A model generated the notes under the pieces. The model searched no databases. It was not told the origin of the DNA and saw only the letters and a list, made by a program, of their open reading frames with translations. A program made the position numbers and the translations under genes. Shown here piece by piece: positions 13,201 to 24,433 of a stretch of 64,000 bases of DNA. The stretch comes from Dicyema japonicum (Eukaryota; Animalia; Dicyemida), in contig RDEW01000015.1 of assembly GCA_011109175.1 (NCBI GenBank), positions 452,310 to 516,309 of the forward strand, in the 5' to 3' direction. The first letter of the stretch is position 1. Each line of letters starts with the position of its first letter.

Positions 13201-13563
13201 AATGAATGGAGACATGTTGTCTAATAAAGCAGTCCATTTCAATTGGAACTGTCAAATAACAAAAAACTTTTATTTCAGTTTGGAGCGAAAAAATAACTGG
13301 TTTGTAAATCTCAGTGTATGAGACTCATCGATTATAACCACTTTCATGACAGCCATACCATGCTCAGCAATTTTAGATTTCCAAACTCCCCAATTGCTAG
13401 CTAACCATCTCAATTATTCTTGGTCATCTGAAATTTAAACTTTTCAGGGTATTTAGTGATTAAAGCCACAAAAGTGATCTTATTTATAATTGATTTTTAA
13501 ATATTTAAAATATATATTTAAAAAATAAATTACTAAAATAAACGATATTTGCTGTTCACTTTC

Positions 13564-15951
13564 ATGTTAATTTACTATTGATTATTTAGGAGCCGTAACA
13601 AAACTGTAAGGTGTCCCCCTGCCAGGCTAACTCCTAAAACTGATGAGGAAGACTATTCAGTTCCGTCACATTGTTATTATTTTTCCTTTTTCGTTACTTT
13701 CTGTTGTGTTGCTGCGGTCTATTTCGGAATTTGGTACGAAGACAAATATTCTTTTACTAAACGAATTAATCTTCCTTCGATAGTTGGAAGCACAAATAAA
13801 ATACTGAATATATCCAGCCCTCAGTGGGGTACTTTTCGAGCCAATGTTCTATTTTGGCAATATCCTAGAACTTCTTTGGACTGAAGGACACCAGCAAACA
13901 GCCTCTTCTCTTTGGACTAATGTGGTTCACACAAATCAAGAATATATATGAGCCATTCAAACTCAGACATTGGTGTGAGAATTTTGATGGTCTAAAAAAC
14001 TTTGGCTGGACTGTCCACGACGGGAGAAACTGTGGAATTCAACAGATAAATGAATCAGACTTTACAATTCAAACTGATTTCATCAAGGTTGAGGGCTCCT
14101 TCGATTCTAAAGTAAGGATCCACTTCAAACCAAGGTATTTTTTGATATTTTAGGGTAGGATGACTTCCAAAAAAATATCCTTCATAACCTACCTATTCCA
14201 CTCTAGGGGAAGTCTCAGGGTGACTTCTAATGGTCGAGGAGTGGCAGGAAGGACGCCTTCATTGGGGTCATTTACCATGAATATTAACTCGAATTGTGCC
14301 GATTGTAGATATGCTGTGAGACCTATCTATCATATTGACGACCCTGTTAACATAGAAGAGACCATAATGGGAAATTTCATTTGGAGTCCATTACCTGGAA
14401 GTTCCCATGAGAATTACATCTCCCTCGACTGGCGTAAACAGTCTCCTGGACTAATGTCTCCAAAATTAATAGCCATTCAGACGACCAGTTTCAGTGGCTC
14501 GGGTTTTCACGTGGACGTTGTTTTCAAATCTGATGGATCGCCTGAATTTAATTTCCCTTTGTTGATGGAATCCTTGCTTGAATGACTTTAACGGCAAATT
14601 TGAGAGAAAATTTTCCGTCATTTCACGGAATTTTTCGAACGAACACATCACCTTCTCAAAATACGCCATCTCCTCAATGGTCGGTGGAATATCTCATTTT
14701 CGCGGAAGATCTGTTGTTGGGAAAATCGGAAATTCCGGAAACACGAGCTATTTTGAGGCTGAGCTTATATCTGCTGTTCCGTCACGTGTTTTCTTTCCAC
14801 GTGGATTTTTCTGGGATGAAGGATTCCATGGCATTCTTTTGGCAAAATGGGACCCTGCAAGACTTATGGAAATTGTTTCACATTGGTTTGACTTGATGAA
14901 CATGAATGGGTGGATCCCACGTGAGCAAATCTTGGGTTCTGAGGCTATTAAACGAGTTCCTGAACAGTTTATAAGACAGCAATTGAATGATGGAAACCCG
15001 CCGACTTTTTTATTAGCAATAGAATCCTTGATTAACCACAATGAAGACTTGAACACCACCAAGGTGTTCTTGAAGAGTTTGTTTCCCCGACTTAAGACTT
15101 GGGTGTCGTGGTATATGACGACTCAGGCTGGAGTGTCTGAAAACTCGTTCAGATGGCACGGACGGTCCCTTTTTAATGGACCAAAGAAGTTGTTGAACCC
15201 ACTTACTCTAATGTCCGGTCTTGATGACTACCCACGTGCTTCAAATCCCGATGATTTTGAACGTCACGTCGATCTATATTGCTGGATGGCATACTCCGCT
15301 CGTGCTATGGCCAATATTGCAAACGTTTTGGGGGAAACCAAAGAAACACGGAAATACATGGAGATGTTTGAGACCCTCAGTGACCTGAAGACACTCAACA
15401 AAATGCACTGGTCTCCAGAACATCATCGTTATTTTGACTACGGCTTCGATGCCTCCTTTGATCAACTTCCAAAGTATCAATATGTTCATGAAAACTTTGG
15501 ATATGTGAATATTTTTCCGTTTTTGCTGGAAATCCTCCAACCTAATTCAACAGAGTTGTTTTACGTGCTAAAGGATATCGACGAGTTTTTGTTGACTCCC
15601 TTTGGACTTCGATCCCTATCTGTAGATTCTCCCTACTACAGGAAACCCAACAGCTATGATGATATGCCGTATTGGAGGGGAGATATTTGGATTAACATGA
15701 ACTTCCTTTGTCTTCGTTCTTTGCATTACTATATCTCTCAAATGAAGGAGGATAATCCGACCCACAGGCTGGCATGTGACATTTATCAGAAATTAAGGGA
15801 TGGGGTTGTTGGTACCGTCTATAACGAGTTCAAACGGACTGGGTATATTTGGGAGAGGTACGATGATTTGAGTGGCCGAGGAAAGGGAGTCCACCCCTTT
15901 ACTGGATGGTCCACTCTTATTGTGCTCATTATGACTGAAGATTACAATTGA
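13564..15951 (+). CDS. MOGS: Mannosyl-oligosaccharide glucosidase (glucosidase I, GH63)
   Basis: N-terminal TM segment, WGTFRAN/NFFGLK..LLFGLMWF, and GH63 motifs AVPSRVFFPRGFFWDEGFH, WIPREQILGSE, SGLDDYPRAS, YWRGDIWINMN, WERYD, FTGWS. Introns at 13566-13589, 13846-13868 and 14135-14158. Unresolved frame break near 14578. Confidence 0.95.
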
Positions 15952-16564
15952 TTTTTTCTGTTCCTAAAATATACAATTTTATTTATATCACAATATTGGA
16001 ATATTTATAGGACTTGAGGCACTCAAAATAGATGGGCTTAATTATCTGGAGGAAAACAAATTCTGGTTTTTATAATGCTGGCCCTGGGAAATGCATGAGG
16101 ATGTTTGCCATCCTCAGTGACTTAAAATCACTCAACGAAAGCATTGCCGATATGCTGATTGCAGACTCTATACCACAATTTTATTGATTTATATGAATCA
16201 CAGTTTAAATAAAGTATAACTCTTTACCTCTCTTAGACAATCTCAGAGCTGTCATCCACTCCTCCATTCTTTCTGGGTCACCACATCTTGTAAATTCCAC
16301 AAAGCGGTTAGAGGGCAGATAAAGTAAAGACAGGTCTCCATTATGGCCCTCTCATGACGGCGAGCTCAATGTTCTGAAAAAGCCATTCTAGGTTCACCCT
16401 CCCTCCCCCGCAAGCAGTCCTATTAACCTGATAAACTCAGCCATGCTCGGGTCAATTGTAAAATACTTTATGATTAAAATTGTAAATAATAAAAGTGACC
16501 AAATTGGGGGAAACCACAATTGTTTTCGAATTCGCGGTTCACAAATTTAATAAAAAGTAATAAT

Positions 16565-17598
16565 TTAGTGATTAATTAACCAATCGGCGACCACAAGTTC
16601 ATTTATTGTGGGTCTTTTAGAAGGCTCAAACGAAAGCATCTTTAAAACTGTCTTTATGCAACTTTCTCCGTGTAGATCTTCCGTTTTGGGAGGGAAATAA
16701 TATTCCATATTTTTCATTTGATTCATAATCTTATCCATCGCCGAATCGGAAGTTCCCTTAACGGACACGACCATTTTCCCAGAAATCATAAAATAGAGGA
16801 CAACGCCAAGACTAAATATGTCAGCGCACTTTGGATCATATTTTATACAAGAATCCATGACTTCGGGGGCGCAGTACCCAGGGGTTCCGCACACAGTGGC
16901 ACGGAGGTCTTCATCAGGCTTAGCGCAGTTATTGACTCTTCTGGCAAACCCAAAGTCTGCCAATTTAAGGTTTCCGTTGCAGATTAGGATGTTTTCCAAC
17001 TTGATATCTCTGTGGACGATATCATTGTCGTGCAAGTATTTGACAGTTTCAACCAGCTTAGGTAAATATTAGCTTGATTACCTGCTTGAAACACCGTCGG
17101 GTCTGATCAACGGAAAACCTCTGTCGTTTGCTGAAATACGAGTGCAAGTCTCCCCCATTGGCCAACTCCATGAAAATATAGACTTTATCGTCAATATCTA
17201 TGATATCCATAATCTGCTGGGACATAAGCAACTAACTTGAACCACACCACTGTGTGAAATTGAACGTAAAATGTCCAATTCATTAGGAAGGTGGTTTTTG
17301 AGGAATGTTGGTTTGACCTCGCGTTTGTTGTAAATTTTGCATGCGTATTTGCAGGCATCACTGAGCCGCTCGGCCACGCGGATAACACACATCGACCCAC
17401 TCGCGAGAAACCAGCACAGCCTCCAACCCTTTTCTATCAATTTCCTATCGTCTTCTCCATTCAGAATAATCAAATTCGATTGCTTGTGTGAAAATAATCA
17501 AATACAGAAAGTGGCTTTTCGTCTAAACATTTCGTCGACTTTTTTCCGTTTTTGGATTTTTTGCTTATTTTAAAATGGAGACAATTAGTCCAGCCCAT
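16565..17598 (-). CDS. CAMK-group Ser/Thr kinase, TSSK-like
   Basis: YACK, FLKNHLPNELDILRSISH, HRDIKLEN, DFG, APE, YDPKCADIFSLGV. Introns at 17483-17505 (23 nt), 17214-17236 (23 nt) and 17057-17081 (25 nt) join the frames. Predicted start MGWTNC. Confidence 0.85.
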
Positions 17599-17899
17599 CT
17601 AGAAGCAGATAAGACATAAATGCATACAATATTGATAAAATAAATTAGGCTACGTCAAGAAAATCGTAATTTCAAATTATGAGATCAAATAATTCTATTA
17701 TTTTTTTCCTGTCTAATTTATGATTATTTATAATAAATTATTTTTATTCAAATAAATATTTTATTGTATTTAATTTTTTTTAATATTTTTGTATTATTCA
17801 CTACTTTATTATTTAAAAATAAAATATTATTTATTAGCTATGGGGAAAATCGGCTGCTGACATTACGGAGTAAGCGCGGACAACTGCAATCCCAATTCG

Positions 17900-18300
17900 T
17901 TGCCTCAGCCAGACCGCTGTATTTAATTTTAAATAATTATTTTCGTTCGATAAAAATTCCAGAAAAAATACCAATAAAAATTTCAAATTTCCATAAGAAA
18001 TTCATGCCGAGGGCGCTCCAGAATATCAAACAGAAACGTGTACGGGAAGATCTTGATTAAAATCACGGCAGCTCGATGGGGGCTCTGTGGATATGTACTG
18101 AGAATTGACAAAAAGGTTCCCGCTACATGGTCGTGGAGAACTTTCCCTCAGAAGTTCCCAGATTATATGAACGACCAAGGACCACCATAAAAATGGTCCT
18201 GGTCGGATTGTGAGGAGTTTCAGAGAAAGACCTAGATTGATTACAGGAACAAATGGAAGGGAATGTCGTTGTTGTAAATGCCTTCCAAATTGTATTAATA
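17900..18300 (+). mobile_element. RTE-clade 3' fragment
   Basis: ITAARWGLCGYVLRID...RPRTT resembles RWRLFGHVLR...GRPRTT. Confidence 0.6.
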
Positions 18301-18699
18301 ATATATTTATTGATAAAGAATTTAAGAGAATTGATTAGTTCCTCCTCCACCCTATTTTAATTGAGACCTCGGGAGTTCTTGGTAGTTTGCTGAGCAGATT
18401 GACTCTCTGCTAGAAACACTAAAGGGAAATTCTAGGAGACAATGGCTTATCCAAAATATTAGCGATATTGAGAGGGTAACTCGGTTATTCTTACAAACTC
18501 AACTTTTAGAGTCAAAGTTCCTAATTCCTTCACTCAAATTTTCGAATTACCCCTCATCCTCTGTAGATCATCCCAATATCGATTTCAGTCTCCCATGAGT
18601 CCTCCGACGTGACGAACCAAGTTCTACTCTCATACTATCAATGGTCTTCTTGACTACTAGAAAAATACCACATTCATGACAATAATAAACAATCGTGGT

Positions 18700-20720
18700 T
18701 GCGTGGGCGATAAAAAGTGGGCAATCAACGGACAAATACAAAGGAATTTATAATTTACTGAATTAATTCTCTACTCTATAAGCCAGGACCAGACATGATT
18801 GGAGGCTCCCCATAGTAGATAGTTGGGATTGTCCTAGAATGAGTTTTCTTTTCCTTAAACTCTCGAGAAAGCAACATCTTCCAATAGCACGGTCGCCATA
18901 TCAATAGCCATTAGGTGTGACCGACCGATTTTATGTTCTACCCCCATGCTCTCTAGGGTCTTCCTGATCACTATCGTCTGAACATATTCTTTTAAATGTG
19001 TTATGGTGTCTGTAGAACTTGTTCTCAATGCCGTCCCTGGTTAGTACTTGGGGTACTATATTCACTTTATCATCGTGAACTAATGCCAAGTCACTCGTCA
19101 GCGGATCTTATGGAGTTTCATTAGTTCGACTTTTTTAAGGGTTGTTGGGGGTGATTTCAACTTCGATCAGTGATTGTTTTCCTTTTTTATCAAACACATC
19201 CGGCTTATTATTCGAATTTGTTTCCATGCTTATTGCCGTATCTACTAGAATCTCCACAGCATCATTAATGACTATGGGTTGTACTGAATGGGCTTTAACT
19301 TATTTGACTGGGGGTTGTTATGAATGGGTTTAAACAGCGTAAATGCATATGTATGCACCTTACTACTTCATTATGTCGCCGCAACTAGTCACTGTTCAGC
19401 ATCCAACCCACCTTGTTCCCAAGAGGTCGACACTTTTCTTTGAATAATTAGTGTCGTGATATGCCCGAGCATTATTGAAAAATAAGTTACGGTCTTCTGT
19501 AAAGCACAACATTTTCTCAGATGTATTAAAGTTGCTCCTTTGTGATTACCAGTGGGATGACCACCAATGTCCACGTTGATATCATTCCCAAGTTGATAAA
19601 TTACATGTAATGGTTTTTTCAGTATTTGTTTGACTAAATATTTTTCTGACTCCTTTAATATGTCCAGATTGATAATAGCATGTTCTTTGATGAATTCTAC
19701 AGTTGTGGCAGGAAGTCCGTTTCCAAGTTTCATGTGAATCCGGTGGTTTTTGTCGATAATTTCAAATTTGGACTCAATAACAATAAGCTCGATATAGTCA
19801 TTATAAAGGGTGATGTCTTTGAACATGTTACTTGGGCTCAATTTTGACCGTCAGATTGTCGATCTTCATTGAGATTTCAACCCGTTGCTTCTTCTATTCT
19901 TTAGCCCTCATGGTATCGATTTCCATGAAGAAAACTAACTTCAGACCCCAGACTTGATATTTTGTTCAAGTTCACCAGCTTCAAAGAAAGTATTAACCTC
20001 TTTCATCATCCTCATAGTTTTGTCTCCCTTAAAAAAAATTTTTATGTTCTCCATAAACATAGGTGGTTTGTTGCATATGATCCTTGTCATCCATAACCAA
20101 TTTGGGGTATTTTGTATTTAATATCCTTCTCAGAGGATCTATCACAAATGCTCAGATCTGCGGTGTAAGAGTCCCCTTGCACTATCCCCTCTTCATTTTG
20201 ATTTTTAATTTTTTTTTTTTAGTAAAAAATTCAGTTTAATTTTCACCTTTGTGGCCAAGTTTTTTGCAACATTCTCGACCCAGTATGAAGTCAGAGTTGT
20301 CGAAGTCATGAGTCCAAGCTTTTTTTCATCCATCCACGTAGAGGCCAAATTTTTCCCATTCTGTTTGTTGATCCACTGGTCAAGTACTGCCTGTTCTCTA
20401 TCCTCCGACAGATTCGGATAGATGGACTTTACAGCGAAGGTCAATTCTCGTCAGCAGGATCCCATCCGTGAGGCGGCGAGTCTTTTTTGCACGACACAGT
20501 CGTTGAAAAGGATCTTCCTATCTTCTCACTGATCAACACCATTGGTGAAGATTACCATAATGTGAACTCTTCCGTCTAAGAATGAAGTGATGTCCGCGTC
20601 GGTTAAATGTGTGACGAAAATTAAAGAAAGCGAGCCTACTTCTCCACCTCTCTTCAGACTATTGGAGGATGGGTGTGGTCGGCACAAGCAGACGTTCTCC
20701 CTTGGGTTTTTGAATTTCCA
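18700..20720 (-). mobile_element. RLE-type microsporidia-like non-LTR retrotransposon, decayed and 5'-truncated
   Basis: EQAVLDQWINKQNGKNLASTWMDEKK, KRGIVQGDS, NHLMFMENIK (RT); RRHNEVVRCIH, NNKPD, IEVEIT, EYVQTIVIRKTLES (RLE). Confidence 0.75.
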
Positions 20721-20759
20721 CCACTTAAGTCGAGTTAAAAATAACTAAACGATTTTATT

Positions 20760-21486
20760 TTATTTTTTCACGAAAATAACGACGAGAACGGTTACAGCAA
20801 TAAGCAGAATCGCCAAAACGATTATTAAAATTCTCATTTTTCCGAAAAGCCTTTTCCTCTCTTCTCTTTTTTTGAGGAAAATCCCTGAATTTTTGAAGGA
20901 AAGTGCCTGAATTAATTTTTTGGGCTTACATTTTCAGTGAGTTTTTCGCATCTTTTATTTAATGTTTCGATATTTTCGCCCCTTTCAGTCAATTTTTGAA
21001 CAGACTCCACCAAAATTTGTCGGACTTCGTGAACCTGGGATATTACTTCGACAACTTTCTTATTTTGATCCTGAACAGCCGAGTCCTCCACCTAAAATTC
21101 CAAGGGGGACATACAATTAACTGGTTGATGTATCTCTTCAACTCAGCTTCAACATTGCTGCTTTCTGCGCTCACTAAATACGCATAGCAAGCTTGGATCT
21201 GCAATTTAAAAATCGAATACATTTTTAATAAACCTGAATACGTCCTCCTGTGAAGATTCTGTGGTGGTACAACAAAAGAAATACGTCTGGGACTTTACAT
21301 ATGCAATGTAGCAGAGTCTATGAGGTTATACGGGCAATACTCGTTCATTTTGAAGACATAGCGGGAGTTGTTTCCGTCGATCTTATCGAAGAGGGAAAGA
21401 ATTGTTTTGTCCTCGACATTTGATAAAATCGGAAATTTATACAAAATAGTTTTATTATTCGAAACCGCAATATAAGATATTTTCAT
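20760..21486 (-). CDS. VAMP7: VAMP7-like longin R-SNARE
   Basis: Longin N-terminus MKISYIAVSNNKTILYK, SNARE VISQVHEVRQILVESVQKLTERGENIETL with the zero-layer Arg, C-terminal TM MRILIIVLAILLIAVTVLVVIFVKK*. Four introns of 23, 22, 23 and 23 nt give one open frame. Confidence 0.88.
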
Positions 21487-21589
21487 GAACGATTTTTAAA
21501 TCAACGCAATTTATACGATTTATATTAATTTTATCCAACTAAAATTTTAAAATAATTTCAACCGCGTACTTTCACGATCTAGCTTTTCG

Positions 21590-21765
21590 TCCCACTAAGC
21601 TATATCAGGACGCCTTCCCAAGAAACCATCCCCTTTGTGAGATTAATCCAGGACTCCAAAACTAACCGCATGAGAAGGACTTGTATGGACACTGGGGTCA
21701 CTTAAACTAGACGATAACACTTGTCCTACTTCTTGCGATTCCGGGGTTAATAAAATAAATAATCC
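21590..21765 (+). repeat. Short dispersed repeat T (3' stem-loop plus TAAA tail), copy 1
   Basis: ATTAATCC..GACTCCAAAACTAAC..GTATGGACAC.GG..CACTTA..GATTCCGGGGTTAAT(AAA), shared with ~23480-23635 and 33614-33727. Confidence 0.85.
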
Positions 21766-21849
21766 CCCTTACTGCGTCCACCAATAGATTGACTCTAAAG
21801 ACGTTTGAATTTTAAACTCTGAGAAACGGTGGAATACGAGAATCATTAG

Positions 21850-23400
21850 TTCAATTAAATTGATGACATCACTTCGCTAGCGGAAGCTGATGGCATTAGG
21901 AGTCCGTCACTAAGTCAGGTCGTCTACTTCGATGTCGAGTATTGGTGGTCCATGACAAACAGAGATTCCAAACTTGACTCCCGCTTACTGTTGATAACAG
22001 CAAGGATTTCTAAATTTGAGGTAATTTGGGAGAGAATCTTCTGTCTCTTGGTGGTGCAACATAATTATTACTGATTTATTAAATTTAATGATAATTTCAA
22101 ATAGTGGGGACTCAGATAAATTATAACGGCATTGTCGGCTTGTGCACGTTTAAATTTGCATTCGGATTTAGTTGACCTTATTATTAGCAATCATATTAAC
22201 TATCACGTCCACGTTCTATTAAGTAGTCCTTCAAGTTCTTCATATCTTGACTGGATGAGATTCGTACCCGGATCCTTTTTTCCTCAGACACTTTTTTTAG
22301 AACTTTGGGTTTCTGATATCTCATGAGTCCACCACCTCGTCGACGGTCACGAGAAAAAGACATGATTAACTGGAGAAGCAACTGAGTCTCACGTGCGTCG
22401 TGGCTTTTGAGTGTAGCCAGACGTCCCTGCTTCTTGAAGAAACGAAGCGATTTCTCCTTCTTAAAAAATAACTTTTTAAACTCTTTGGATATGTTCTTAG
22501 CAAAAGTTGGATCTGAAATAACTTGGTTTATTTCTACGGAAGATCTGAACATCTAGATTATCGGACAGCAACTGAATACATCTAGGAGATCTGACATCTA
22601 GATATCCCAGGACACCGAATATACTGGGGCTCATGAAAACGGCCAAACTATATTTCATAGGATAATCTTGCCGTTTAGAATACTGAAAAAATAATTTTTT
22701 TTATTCAATAACCGAAACTTGTAAAAAATGCATGCAAATTCATGAAAAAAGCTTCAAAAAAATTAACGACCCTTCCTTTGTCAAAAGCAGGCAGAGTCTA
22801 TTGGCGCAGAGTAGCTTCATTACTCCCACCTTCGGGACTTCCACCCTAACTAGTGTATTAAGTTTTTTTTCTTTACCTGGTTTTGAGGTTCCTTCCTCGG
22901 TACGTGCTTTCTGGAAAAAATTAGAACTTGCAAATGGCTTCTTAGGGGCATTTGCGGTTTCTGGGCCCGAATCCAACACCTTTCGCGGTTTTGTCGAAAC
23001 CGCAGACTTCTTCTTCCTCCCCAAAGTAATCCAGCCCACTGTCGTAGGGAAAACGAATTCTTTTTGCGATGGCAGAAGTGGAGCCTTAGTCTGAAGTTCA
23101 GTCCTCTTCCTCCCTACAGTAGTCAAGCCTATCGTTGTAGAGAGAGCGAATTCTTTTTGATCAGGCTGAGGTGGAGTCCAGGTCTGAAGTTCGACAGATC
23201 GGGGGCAGACACAACCTGTTCTACTGCTGGTTGTGGGGAATCCCCATGTTCACCCAGAAAACTAGGAGAACCGACCCGCTTGAGCTTTTCCAGGCCCCTA
23301 ATTCGACTAAATGCGCGTGTTCAAGCGGCTTAGTCCCTAAGATTTCTCCGACACAATCAATGGCAACACAACTAGTCCTCGTTTGCATCGAAGTTGTATT
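21850..23400 (-). mobile_element. APE-type LINE relic (ORF1-like region with a 31-aa repeat, followed by an APE endonuclease remnant)
   Basis: RDRRRGGGLMRY resembles APE RxDR..GGGVAIY, and RETQL resembles QETxL. The upstream minus frame has the in-frame repeat ELQT..P...QKEF...TT.G..T.GRK. No RT recognised. Confidence 0.45.
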
Positions 23401-23479
23401 CCGAAAATCCCTTGCGTGCTGATTTTGCAGTTTTGAATTTCTTAGATCAGACATCCTGGACATCGAACGATATCTGGAC

Positions 23480-23635
23480 GCTTTCCAGAGATACGAGAAG
23501 AAACCTTCCCCGTTGTGGAGATTAATCCACGACTCCAAAACTAACAACAGGAATAGTACTGGTATGGACACCGGGAGCACTTAATAGACGATAACTCTTG
23601 TCCTCTCTCTCGTGATTCCGGGGTTAATTAAATTA
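23480..23635 (+). repeat. Short dispersed repeat T, copy 2
   Basis: Homologous to 21590-21765 over ~150 nt, including AAGAAACC.TCCCC.TTGTG. Ends GATTCCGGGGTTAATTAAATTAAAA. Confidence 0.85.
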
Positions 23636-24433
23636 AAAAAAAGAGCCAAAATTCGAGGTATCCCTAAGGTTGCTATGAATTTATGTTTAGGGGAAAATAA
23701 CGAGGACAGTTTAGTGGCTAATCGGTAGAAATAATGAGTTGATGAATAACTTTATTAAACGAGACGTCTCTATACCCACGTGAAGGATACAACCCCACGT
23801 CCCTATTCTCTAATATGCATGAAGTAAATACTGGAGTTACATCCCAGTTACTCGTTGGTGTTGACGCCAAACATGGTTATAAAATACAACTGCGACAACC
23901 CTAGTTTTACAAGTCAAAAATAATAATAATGAATGAATGAAAAATTCCAAAGACCACAGTAACGCCAGCCAAACTACTCACGTGATCCTAGAGATTTCAC
24001 TTTGTCCCAATGACCCTCCCTCGAGCCCACAAATGCACATCAATTGTAGAGCCGGATGTTCATAGTTGAACAAGTTTATTAAAGATTCTGGTGGATGACT
24101 TCATATTGTACCACGAAACGTTAAAAATCAGTTATTCATTAAGTGAGATTAAAATACAATTTCACTTAAAATACTGAAAAATCAAATACATCTGCCATTT
24201 AATTGCGTACAATAACCAAAAACCCATATTATAGCATCAATTGAGTCGACTAATAAATTATTAGCGAAATCCTAAACCAAGGTCACTGATTGAATCAGAG
24301 ATCCGATCAACACAAATTCCTCAATTCTAATCAGACGTCCAACCACATGTAACTAATTGCTAAGAACATGTGTCATTTATTATAACAGGTGTTCGGCAGT
24401 CAAGTATAAAGGCAGTGTCTTGCTGACCTTCTA

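Noticed and set aside
20205-20850. Apparent novel signal-anchored protein gene
   Set aside because: The hydrophobic segment is the VAMP7 C-terminal TM, and the downstream ORF is the RT region of an RLE retrotransposon.
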